62,569 nucleotides of DNA from an uncultured Candidatus Poseidoniales archaeon. Lineage in GTDB: Archaea; Thermoplasmatota; Poseidoniia; Poseidoniales; Poseidoniaceae. The notes beneath the pieces were generated by a model. That model worked only from the letters and a program-made list of their open reading frames with translations, did no database searches and had not been told where the DNA came from. Shown here piece by piece: positions 37,854 to 46,626 of the stretch (positions are counted from its first letter, which is position 1; every line of letters starts with the position of its first letter). Position numbers and translations under genes: made by a program. The DNA lies in NCBI GenBank assembly GCA_902520595.1, contig CABYOM010000003.1, forward strand, positions 1 through 62,569, read 5' to 3'.

Positions 37854-39052
37854 ATCAAATGGCTCTACGTGATGATTTTCCTATCCTCAAGCGTGAAGTC
37901 AATGGTTTCCCATTAATCTATTTGGATAATGCTGCTACAACGCAGAAGCCACAAGTTGTCTTGGATGCAATGAATGATTACTATACCTCATCAAATGCGA
38001 ACGTTCACCGAGCAGTTCACACACTTGCAGGTGAAGCGACCGAAGGATATGAGGCATGTCGCCAACGATTGAAGAATTGGTTCAATGCTGAACGTGCAAT
38101 TCTTACAAGCGGGACAACAGAAGCAATTAATTTAGTCGCCCATGCATGGGGTCGCGCTAATTTGGCTGAAGGTGATGTGATTGTTTTGACTGAAATGGAG
38201 CACCATTCTGATATCGTTCCTTGGCAAATGTTATCGGAAGAGCGAAAGGTTGAGTTGAGGTATGTTCCTGTTCTTGAAGATTTTACACTCGATATGGATG
38301 TTTATGCAGCATCTCTTGAAGGTGCAAAACTCGTCTGTGTCGTTCATACATCCAATGTTCTCGGTGTCCGCAACCCCTTAGAGGAAATTATCGAACTCGC
38401 CCATTCTAACGGGGCACTGGTTTTGATTGACGCAGCCCAAGGCGTGCCTCATGAACAAATCGACTTCATCGAATCGAAAGCCGATTTCATGGCTTTTTCA
38501 GCACACAAGATGTGTGGCCCTACTGGAATTGGTGCACTGCTTGTAGATGCTGAAGTGTTTGAAACAATGCAACCCTTCATGGGTGGCGGGGATATGATCG
38601 AAACGGTCACTATCACGGGCTCGACTTATCAAACAAATGAGCATAAATTCGAAGCAGGAACACCTCGTATTGCTGAAGCTATCGGCTGGTGTGCAGCATT
38701 TGATTGGATGTCGAATCTGGATTTGGAAAAAGAGCATGAACGATTGATTGCCATAGCCCGCTGGGTCGCAGAGCAATTACGCGCAATGGATATTCCAGTG
38801 TATGGCCGGCATGGTGAAAAAGACAGTGCTGTCGTGTCTTTCCTCCATCCCTCTATCCACAGTGAAGATTTAGCTCATCTTTTGGATTCTCGCGGATTTG
38901 CAGTTCGAACCGGCCATCATTGCGCTCAGCCGTTGCTGCATCGGCTCGGCATTAACGGAACTGTTCGCGCCTCCTTTTACTTGTATAACACCATGGAAGA
39001 AGCAGAACATTTCGTTGCGCAACTCAAAGAAATTACGGAGAGGTTTGGATGA
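37850..39052 (+). CDS. sufS: Cysteine desulfurase SufS
   Basis: YLDNAATTQKP, NVHRAVH, EHHS, SAHKMCGPTG, RTGHHCAQP. Confidence 0.95.
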   Translation: MNQMALRDDFPILKREVNGFPLIYLDNAATTQKPQVVLDAMNDYYTSSNANVHRAVHTLAGEATEGYEACRQRLKNWFNAERAILTSGTTEAINLVAHAWGRANLAEGDVIVLTEMEHHSDIVPWQMLSEERKVELRYVPVLEDFTLDMDVYAASLEGAKLVCVVHTSNVLGVRNPLEEIIELAHSNGALVLIDAAQGVPHEQIDFIESKADFMAFSAHKMCGPTGIGALLVDAEVFETMQPFMGGGDMIETVTITGSTYQTNEHKFEAGTPRIAEAIGWCAAFDWMSNLDLEKEHERLIAIARWVAEQLRAMDIPVYGRHGEKDSAVVSFLHPSIHSEDLAHLLDSRGFAVRTGHHCAQPLLHRLGINGTVRASFYLYNTMEEAEHFVAQLKEITERFG

Positions 39053-39459
39053 CTTATCCTGACGCTTTATCCGAATTAATAGAAGAGTTCCAAGAAGTCG
39101 ATGATAAAATGGAACGACTTGAAATGGTTTTTGATATGGCGGATGAAGTCATTCCTTTCCCTCTTGAACAATGGACGCAAGAGTCCAAAGTGCAAGGCTG
39201 TCAATCCGAAGCGCATGTGCACGTTGAACTGCAAGATGGCAAAGTTCTCCTGCTTTCAGGAGCAGATGCGAAATTGGTTCAAGGTTTGATGGGCATCTTG
39301 ACGCTTGCTATCAATGGCAGTGCCCCTGCCCAAGCATTACTTCTTTCGCCAGATTTCGCTGAAGAGATGGGCGTGCTCAATTCGCTCTCTCCAAGTCGTT
39401 CCAATGGATTTAGAAATATGTTCGATAAGGTAATGGCAGAGATTCGCAATTTTGTATGA
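39049..39459 (+). CDS. sufE: Sulfur acceptor SufE
   Basis: KVQGCQS, DAKLVQGL, LSPSRSNG. Confidence 0.92.
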   Translation: MTYPDALSELIEEFQEVDDKMERLEMVFDMADEVIPFPLEQWTQESKVQGCQSEAHVHVELQDGKVLLLSGADAKLVQGLMGILTLAINGSAPAQALLLSPDFAEEMGVLNSLSPSRSNGFRNMFDKVMAEIRNFV

Positions 39460-39468
39460 GGTGTTTGA

Positions 39469-39786
39469 ATGGTTGAAAAGCAAGATGTGTTAACACAGTT
39501 GGATGAAGTGGAAGATCCGGAATTGGAGTTATCCATCGTCGAATTAGGCCTCGTTTACGATGTCCGTTTTGAAACGAAAGACGAATTGATGCATGCGGAA
39601 ATTGACTTGACCCTCACATCGCCTGGTTGCCCTGCAGCACCTGAGATAATGGCTGCAGCCCACCGAGCAGCACTGCAAACAGAAGGACTTGAAAGTGTTC
39701 ACATCAATCTCGTGTGGTCACCTCGCTGGGATCCGAAAATACACGCTACAGAAGATGCCCGAATGGACATGGGCATTTGGGATTAA
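39469..39786 (+). CDS. sufT: Metal-sulfur cluster assembly factor (DUF59/SufT/PaaD-like)
   Basis: VEDPELELSIVELGLVY, TLTSPGCP, VWSPRW. Confidence 0.88.
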   Translation: MVEKQDVLTQLDEVEDPELELSIVELGLVYDVRFETKDELMHAEIDLTLTSPGCPAAPEIMAAAHRAALQTEGLESVHINLVWSPRWDPKIHATEDARMDMGIWD

Positions 39787-40902
39787 TCAGCGTCGAACAA
39801 CAATGGTAAGTAAATCTCCATCCTTGAGAAGATGGTCTAAACCAACCCTTTGCCAATCAAATTTTGCGCTCGGTCCTTTGACACGTGCATACCGGAACTT
39901 CCGCACGAAGTCTCTGTGCAGTTTGTTACAAATGTGTTGTACTGTTGAGTCATCTTTGACGATGAGCGGCTCTTCTAAATCAGCATCTTGGCCCTGAGGT
40001 TTGAGATAAACCCTCATGAATCCAAGGTTGTCATAAATGAAATCTTTTAGTTCCTCAAGGCCAATGTCCTTGAATGCAGATATACGCATAACTGGCCAAT
40101 CAGCAGGAAGAGCTTTGCGTGAACGGACGATTTCTTCTTCGCTCGCAATGTCGATTTTGTTGATGGCGATAACTGCTTTTTCATAGATTCTATTTTCGGC
40201 TAAACAATCAACAATTTGTTCCGCTGTGGTGTCGTTTCGAAGCGTGACAATTGCCGACGTGTATCCGAAAGAGCGTATGATTTCGCTCATTTCTTCATGA
40301 CTGAGATGGGTTTGTTCGACCGTTGTCCGGACATCAATTCCACCTCGCTCAGTGCGTTTGATGAAAACTGGAGGCTTTGTTTCATTAAGCCTTAATCCGG
40401 CATTATGCAGTTCACGATGAAGGACATTGAAGTGCGCATCTTGGAAGGGGTCAACAATATACAATACCATGTCTGCACTTCGAATGACATTGAGAATTTC
40501 TCTTCCTCTACCTTTCCCTTCTGCCGCACCTTTGATGAGACCTGGCAAATCTAAAATCTGAATTTTGGCTCCACGGTGCTCCATTACTCCAGGGATACAG
40601 GTAAGTGTGGTAAATGCATAACCAGCCGCTTCAGAGTGAGCGTCAGTCACTTTTGAAATCAAAGTTGATTTCCCCACTGACGGAAATCCTACTAAAGCGA
40701 CGGTAGCATCACCGGACTTCTTCACCTCAAATCCTTTGCCGCCACCACTTGCTTTTGAGTGAGCGTGTGCTTTTTGTTCTTTAATTTTCAACTGGGCAAT
40801 TTTTGCTTTCAGTTTTCCAATGTGCGCATTCGTTGCTTTATTTTTTTGCGTTTTGTCAATTTCAGCGCGGATCAATTCGATCTGCTCCTTAATTGTCGCC
40901 AT
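39787..40902 (-). CDS. DRG/Obg family GTP-binding protein with TGS domain
   Basis: KNKAT, GFEVKKSGD, GFPSVGKST, YAFTT, DLPG, NKID, QRVGLDHLLKDGD. Confidence 0.95.
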   Translation of the reverse strand: MATIKEQIELIRAEIDKTQKNKATNAHIGKLKAKIAQLKIKEQKAHAHSKASGGGKGFEVKKSGDATVALVGFPSVGKSTLISKVTDAHSEAAGYAFTTLTCIPGVMEHRGAKIQILDLPGLIKGAAEGKGRGREILNVIRSADMVLYIVDPFQDAHFNVLHRELHNAGLRLNETKPPVFIKRTERGGIDVRTTVEQTHLSHEEMSEIIRSFGYTSAIVTLRNDTTAEQIVDCLAENRIYEKAVIAINKIDIASEEEIVRSRKALPADWPVMRISAFKDIGLEELKDFIYDNLGFMRVYLKPQGQDADLEEPLIVKDDSTVQHICNKLHRDFVRKFRYARVKGPSAKFDWQRVGLDHLLKDGDLLTIVVRR

Positions 40903-41033
40903 AACAAAGCCCCATGTGCATCGGGTAAACCGTTCTTCTTCAATGCTCTTCTCTTGAGTAGGTAGATTGAGTGCTTTCAATTCTTCGTTTTCAAGCCGAT
41001 GACATCAAACGAGACGGCCTTTTGGATCAAAAT

Positions 41034-41714
41034 ATGGGCATTGATATGGTTCTGTTAGTTGTCGATGAACCGTGTTTGAAGAATCTGCTTCAGCAACCAT
41101 GGAATCTGCTTTATCAGGGAATGGAAAAGGGTCAGTTTCGAGACCAAAGGCCGGCCTATGATTCGAGACTACAGCGGGCTTTTGACATTGATTGCGAAGC
41201 TGAGATCCTTGATTGGATTGATTCAATTGAAGTCGAGACAACGGGTTCAGTTCTTGAAGTTCTCAGATCCTTACCTGAAGGTTCGCAAGGACTTCTCCAC
41301 CTCATGGAATGGGCAAGTCCGGGTGCATGGGAAGTTTGGGAAGGCCGAGCCTTTCTCTATCTTGATGTGGCACTTAAAAGAACGATTTCGAGCAGTGAGG
41401 ATTTGTATGACGAAGAAACCTGGAGCCAACTGAATCAACTACTCAATGGTCTACCAGAAGAAGAATTTTCTGAATCGGTTTGCTTGGACTGGATGGATCG
41501 CCGTAAAGTGCTTGGTGAAACGCTTGATGAGAATGAAGACCCAAAGATAGTGCCGACCTTTGAAGCACATGACCGTTCTTCACGTGGGTTAGTCTACACC
41601 ATCACTCTTTGTAACAGTTCACCTCACCTCCTGGGAATTCTTGGAAGGGAGCACATGAAGGCGGACCTTTGGGGGCACGGTCGGTGGAATCTTCGTCAGT
41701 ATCTCCTTGATTAA
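41034..41714 (+). CDS. Hypothetical protein
   Basis: Long acidic ORF filling the gap between the DRG gene and grpE; no motif recognised. Confidence 0.7.
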   Translation: MGIDMVLLVVDEPCLKNLLQQPWNLLYQGMEKGQFRDQRPAYDSRLQRAFDIDCEAEILDWIDSIEVETTGSVLEVLRSLPEGSQGLLHLMEWASPGAWEVWEGRAFLYLDVALKRTISSSEDLYDEETWSQLNQLLNGLPEEEFSESVCLDWMDRRKVLGETLDENEDPKIVPTFEAHDRSSRGLVYTITLCNSSPHLLGILGREHMKADLWGHGRWNLRQYLLD

Positions 41715-41753
41715 TCGAGGGGTTCAAAGACCACTTCCGTAACGCATAACATA

Positions 41754-42332
41754 ATGGGTGACGAATTACCTTCTGAAGAGCCTGAAGAAAACATCGGTGA
41801 CGCCGATGATTCGATTCCCGTAATTGAAGAGGGTATGGAAACGCTTGACCTCGGTGAAACCGTCGAAGTTGAAGTTTTAGATCCGTTGGATGAAGCACTG
41901 TTGCGTGCTGAAAAAGCAGAAAAGGAAATCGCTTACAAAGATGCAGAAATTCAAAATGTTCGTAAACGTCTGATGGCGGAAAAAGCAGAACTCATTCAAT
42001 ACAGTGGAATGGGTCTTGCTCGCCGGATGCTCACTGTTCTTGGTGATGTTGACAGGGCTATCGATAACCTGGACAAGGATGATTCATCCGCTGTTGCTCA
42101 AGGATTAAGATTGTTGAGAAATAAGATGTGGCACGAACTTTCTGCTGATGGTGTTACGGCCATTGAGGCAAAAAGTCAACCGTTTGACCCAGCGAAAATG
42201 GAGGCGATTACGACCATACCTGCCTCTGAAGCATATCCGTCTGGCAGTGTTGTCGATGTTTTAGAATCGGGCTACATGTACAAACAACGAGTTCTTTTGG
42301 CCGCACGAGTCGTCGTAGCCTCAGAAGAATAG
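41754..42332 (+). CDS. grpE: Nucleotide exchange factor GrpE
   Basis: AEIQNVRKR, FDPAKMEAI, VVDVLESGY...VLLAARVVV. Confidence 0.92.
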   Translation: MGDELPSEEPEENIGDADDSIPVIEEGMETLDLGETVEVEVLDPLDEALLRAEKAEKEIAYKDAEIQNVRKRLMAEKAELIQYSGMGLARRMLTVLGDVDRAIDNLDKDDSSAVAQGLRLLRNKMWHELSADGVTAIEAKSQPFDPAKMEAITTIPASEAYPSGSVVDVLESGYMYKQRVLLAARVVVASEE

Positions 42333-42371
42333 TTCCACAAGATTCTTGTGTGAAGATGTTTTCATGAGAGT

Positions 42372-42620
42372 ATGGTCAAGAAACTCGCAGGTAAGGCTGC
42401 CGGGGCTGCAGGAAATGCCGCAAAGAAAGCGGCTAAGTCAGCAGCCATTACTGCAAAGCGTCAGGTTATCGATGAAGTAACCAAACCCGTCAAAGACGCT
42501 GCTAAAGAAAAACTCTCAACTGTAGCATCTGGAATTAAAGCAAAGACTGAGGAAAAAATGCAGAAGGTCGCCAAGGAACAGATGAAAAAACAGGTAAAAA
42601 AGAAACTGTTCAGAAAATAA
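42372..42620 (+). CDS. Small Lys/Ala-rich basic hypothetical protein
   Basis: 82-aa ORF with ATG start, fills the intergenic space, strongly K/A biased. Confidence 0.65.
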   Translation: MVKKLAGKAAGAAGNAAKKAAKSAAITAKRQVIDEVTKPVKDAAKEKLSTVASGIKAKTEEKMQKVAKEQMKKQVKKKLFRK

Positions 42621-43172
42621 TTATCCTGCATGAACTCCAGTTTCAAACGTCGAAAGGCGGAACAAGGCATCGTGTTCTATGAGCCATTCAATGACCGCTT
42701 GCGGGATACTCGATTTGAGAACCTCTCGAATAGCCTCATCATCATACACCGTGGAAAGCATTTTTGCTGTTTGTCGAACTCTCCATCCTTCAAGTTGTTC
42801 ACGTTGCTGCATTTCAGGTTCAGTAACTTCGTAGCCAGCATCCCGATACAATTGTGCGGTTGGTACATCAGAAGTCACTAGGATTCCATCGCCGTGAGTT
42901 TTGCGGGCATGTTCAACCCAATTAGGCGGGTCATTGATGTCATCAATCCCGACAATTTCTACAGCGAGATTTTCACTCTGTGACCATGCTTTAATCATCG
43001 CTTTTCGTTCATCTGCAGTCCAAGGATTGGTTGGCTCCCATCCAGCCTGTTGTGAACCAATTGCGATGACTACCTGATCATCTTCTCCAACATGTTCGTA
43101 AGCAGCTTTGACCAAATACTCATGGCCCATGTGAAAGGGTTGAAAACGTCCCAGGACAATATATCTGGTCAT
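42621..43172 (-). CDS. nadM: Nicotinamide-nucleotide adenylyltransferase (archaeal NadM type)
   Basis: GRFQPFHMGH, IAIGS, NPWTADER, WVEH. Confidence 0.9.
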   Translation of the reverse strand: MTRYIVLGRFQPFHMGHEYLVKAAYEHVGEDDQVVIAIGSQQAGWEPTNPWTADERKAMIKAWSQSENLAVEIVGIDDINDPPNWVEHARKTHGDGILVTSDVPTAQLYRDAGYEVTEPEMQQREQLEGWRVRQTAKMLSTVYDDEAIREVLKSSIPQAVIEWLIEHDALFRLSTFETGVHAG

Positions 43173-43181
43173 GTATTCACC

Positions 43182-44366
43182 TCATGCGAAATAAGAATCA
43201 ACATCGAGATCAGGAAGAGATAATCCAAATGATTTGAAACAGTCAATCATACGTCTGCATCCTTCAACCATTTCCTCGACTGGAGTTTCACCCATGGAAC
43301 CAACTCTGAACATTTTACCCTTCAAATCGTCTTGAGCGCCAATGACTTGGGTATTGTAATCATCCTTGAGACGAGACCTCCAACTGTCATCGATGCCTTC
43401 AGGATAGAGTATTGCAGTCACTGTATTGCTGCGTTGGCTTGAATCAGCAAGCAGTTCAAAACCGAGGTCTGAAAAAAGGTTTCGAACACCACTCGCCATG
43501 TGTTCGCATCGAGACCATCTTGCCGAATTTGTCTCTTCTCGCAATACCTCAAGCGCAGCACTCCAACCCATTGCCAAATTGATTGCAGGCGTCCAGGGTG
43601 TTTGATCATCAGACCCCTTCTTCAAAGCAGAGACTAAGTCCAGGTAATAATTTGGATTTGAATCACCCTGTTCTCGGATTGCATGTACTCGCTGGATGAA
43701 GTTGGAATTGATGGCGATAGCAGCAATACCAGAAGGCCCTGCAGTACATTTTTGCGCTCCTACGACAACCGCTTCTGCATTCCACTCAGTTGGATGAACC
43801 GGCATACCTCCCACTGAAGTAATTCCATCCAGAATAAACGAAGTTTTGTGTCGAGCGCACATCTCTGCGATTGCAGCAGCGTCTTGTGTAATACCAGTAC
43901 TTGTTTCGTTATGGCAAATCAAAACAGATTCGTAGCAACCGCGTTCCAATTGCTGTTCCAATTCATACAAATCAAACGCCCTGCCCCATTCGTATTTGAG
44001 GTGCTTAACATTGCAAAATCGTTGGCAAATCTCTGCAACACGTTCACCGAATTTCCCATTGGTTGGAACCAGTACTAAATCGTTTGAGCGAAATCTGTTC
44101 GCTATGACCATCTCCATTGCGGCGGTGCCGCTGCCAGAAACCACTACGACCTTGTAATCGTCATCACCCGCCCACGATTCAACCCCTCTCAAAGGCTTTG
44201 AGGGTGCTAAATTGAATGCGTGTCGTAGACCGGAATTCAGTTGTGCCATTACGTCGCGATATTCTGTGCCACGGGCGGTGATTACTGGAGATCCGAGTGC
44301 ACTGAGACATGGTTCCCCCATTCGAACTGGACCCGGGACAAGAAAACAGTCGCTACTGGGGTCCAT
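43182..44366 (-). CDS. Aminotransferase class V (alanine--glyoxylate/serine--pyruvate family)
   Basis: VPGPV, GSGTAAME, NGKFGER, HNETSTG, DGITS, GAQKC, FRVGSMG. Confidence 0.92.
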   Translation of the reverse strand: MDPSSDCFLVPGPVRMGEPCLSALGSPVITARGTEYRDVMAQLNSGLRHAFNLAPSKPLRGVESWAGDDDYKVVVVSGSGTAAMEMVIANRFRSNDLVLVPTNGKFGERVAEICQRFCNVKHLKYEWGRAFDLYELEQQLERGCYESVLICHNETSTGITQDAAAIAEMCARHKTSFILDGITSVGGMPVHPTEWNAEAVVVGAQKCTAGPSGIAAIAINSNFIQRVHAIREQGDSNPNYYLDLVSALKKGSDDQTPWTPAINLAMGWSAALEVLREETNSARWSRCEHMASGVRNLFSDLGFELLADSSQRSNTVTAILYPEGIDDSWRSRLKDDYNTQVIGAQDDLKGKMFRVGSMGETPVEEMVEGCRRMIDCFKSFGLSLPDLDVDSYFA

Positions 44367-44480
44367 GGTTATTGCAACGCATGGAGGTTCTTCAACTGCA
44401 TGGCATGCAAACCTCTTCTGTTGAGGTTTCAATCAGGCCTTCGTCGTCGAACTCTTAGGGAAGTGCCCCTAGGGTTGACC

Positions 44481-45167
44481 ATGGTGCGTGTTGGCCTTGC
44501 TATGCTTCAAGGTGCGCGTCATGAGCATGTCCAAGCGCTTACCGCTGCTTCTAAGCAGCTTGGTGTAGACATTGAAATTGTAGAATTACGCACGGGCAGT
44601 CAAGTCGATGACCGCCTTGATTGTCTCGTTTTACCGGGTGGTGAATCGACTGCTATGCGCAAGGCGAGCCAAAGTGAATCTCTACTTTCGGCTTTGTTTT
44701 CATGGATGGAAGAACATCCCCAACGCCCAGTTCTGGGGACCTGTGCCGGAGCTATTATACTGGCAACTCCAGGTGGTAGTAATCGTTCTTTGCTCCGTGC
44801 GGAAATTTCCAGAAATGCCTGGGGTCGTCAGCGTGACTCGTTTGAAGCAGGAGTGGCACTTTCTTTCGAAACACCTGCAGGAGGAGATTTTTCTCCCAAC
44901 AAAGCACCTCGAGATCAATTCAATCACCAACCCCTTCCTGTGGGCGAAATGGCACAAAGTGAACATGAAGAATTATTCCCAGGTGTATTCATTCGTGCTC
45001 CTCGCTTTGTTCAGTCAAGTGTTGGTTGTACTCCAGTGGCCTTCTTGGGGGACGAAATCGTAGGCGTTCTCGACGGGCAGCGTCTCGCCCTCACCTTCCA
45101 TCCTGAACTCACGAACGATTACCGATTCCATCGGTGGCTCATTCATCAGTCATTTTTGACAAATTAG
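44481..45167 (+). CDS. pdxT: Pyridoxal 5'-phosphate synthase glutaminase subunit
   Basis: LQGA..EH, PGGEST, GTCAG, RNAWGRQRDSFE, FIRAP, FHPEL. Confidence 0.93.
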   Translation: MVRVGLAMLQGARHEHVQALTAASKQLGVDIEIVELRTGSQVDDRLDCLVLPGGESTAMRKASQSESLLSALFSWMEEHPQRPVLGTCAGAIILATPGGSNRSLLRAEISRNAWGRQRDSFEAGVALSFETPAGGDFSPNKAPRDQFNHQPLPVGEMAQSEHEELFPGVFIRAPRFVQSSVGCTPVAFLGDEIVGVLDGQRLALTFHPELTNDYRFHRWLIHQSFLTN

Positions 45168-45214
45168 GCAGTAAATCAAGCGAGGGGTTGAAACCTCAAT
45201 GGTAACAGGGTTGG

Positions 45215-46309
45215 TTGAGTTCAATGACTGTGTCTTTGCCAATGGCAACCGAAATCCTTCCCGCAGAAGTGGGTGAGGCAGAAGGATGTGTGCAATGTCA
45301 GCAGGGCAGTAAACTCGTTTTATTCGTCACAGGAAAGTGTCATTGGGGCTGTGATTATTGTCCTCTCTCTGAGAACAGAAAGGAAACCCCCGATATGTTT
45401 GCCAACGAACGACGCTGCACTTCTTGGGATGAAGTGATTGAAGAAGGTCACGCTATGCGGGCAACAGGAACTGGAATTACGGGGGGAGACCCTATGCTTG
45501 ATATGGAAAAATCATTAGAGGCGGTTCTCCAACTCAAAGCAGCATTTGGCAAGGACCATCACATTCACTTGTATACCTCGATACCATTTCAAACCCATCG
45601 AGCAGCAGATTTTGGAGAGGCAGGTCTTGATGAAATACGTTTTCACCTTTTAGATGGGACTTTGAAGAAATATCTTCCCACCATACAGGCATGTTCTGAT
45701 GCCGGTATAACTGTGGGAATTGAACTTCCGTGTGAGCCAGATAAAGAGGAGCAATTATTTGCTCTTCTCGCAGCACTTCATGAATCTCCAGTGGATTTTC
45801 TTAATTTGAATGAATTAGAAATTACCGTTGGTAATCAAGAGAACATGGATGTTCGAGGATTCAATCTAAGTGGCGGTATTACTGCAGCAGCAGAGGGTTC
45901 TGCTGAATTGGCACAGCGCCTCAAAGAGGCGGCGAAAGAGTTGAATTTCCATCTAAAGTTTTGCTCTGCGCGTTACAAAGACGCAGGACAACTTCGAGCA
46001 CGCTTCCGCCGCAGAGGACAAGCAAATCTTCGACCATATGAAGTTTTGAGTAACGACGATACCATCTTGTTTGGCTCAATTCCCACATCGCTTGAACATG
46101 CGTCTGAAGACGTGGCAGAACTGCGAGAGGAGTTTGGTGTTGCCGAGGGGTGGATTCGTTACAATGCAGAGCGTCGTCGAATCGAATTGCCACTTTCGCT
46201 TGCTGAAGAATTAGCAGACATTGTTGAGGTTCCAGTTCATCTTATCGAGGTCCATCCGACGCATGACCGGCTGGAAGTTGGCTTGGTTCATTTGAACATT
46301 TATCGCTAA
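45215..46309 (+). CDS. Radical SAM protein (uncharacterised archaeal family)
   Basis: GCVQC..GSKLVLFVTGKCHWGCDYCP, GITGGDP, HLYT, GLDEIRFH, LNLNELE. Confidence 0.9.
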   Translation: MSSMTVSLPMATEILPAEVGEAEGCVQCQQGSKLVLFVTGKCHWGCDYCPLSENRKETPDMFANERRCTSWDEVIEEGHAMRATGTGITGGDPMLDMEKSLEAVLQLKAAFGKDHHIHLYTSIPFQTHRAADFGEAGLDEIRFHLLDGTLKKYLPTIQACSDAGITVGIELPCEPDKEEQLFALLAALHESPVDFLNLNELEITVGNQENMDVRGFNLSGGITAAAEGSAELAQRLKEAAKELNFHLKFCSARYKDAGQLRARFRRRGQANLRPYEVLSNDDTILFGSIPTSLEHASEDVAELREEFGVAEGWIRYNAERRRIELPLSLAEELADIVEVPVHLIEVHPTHDRLEVGLVHLNIYR

Positions 46310-46361
46310 CCTGTTTCAAGGGGAGTCTTATAGAGACGTGGCTTTACGACCGAATACCTTA

Positions 46362-46437
46362 GGGCTCGTGGTCTAGGGGTTATGACGTCGCCTTCACATG
46401 GCGAAGATCGCCGGTTCAATTCCGGCCGAGCCCACCA
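46362..46437 (+). tRNA. tRNA-Val(CAC), CCA encoded
   Basis: Acceptor GGGCTCG/CGAGCCC, anticodon arm TCGCC-TTCACAT-GGCGA, T arm GCCGG-TTCAATT-CCGGC, ends ACCA; CTTATA about 30 nt upstream. Confidence 0.97.
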
Positions 46438-46626
46438 AATACTTCAGCGGAATTGCTCCAGCCAAGAATCTTTGAGTAAATGCAAGTATTCTTCGGCGCT
46501 GGTTCAATTCATCTAAGCCGACAAATCTATTCTCCGATGAAAATATATGTTTAAGAGATTACTCATACTTGTTTTTAGGGTGTCCTAAACTTTAGATACT
46601 ACCTTCATTACCCCACCACCATCGTG

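Noticed and set aside
44241..44480. N-terminal extension of pdxT
   Set aside because: It overlaps the divergent aminotransferase. PdxT homology starts at 44481.
7622..46437. Integrated element bounded by the tRNAs
   Set aside because: No integrase, no duplicated tRNA 3' end noticed, and the interval is full of housekeeping genes.
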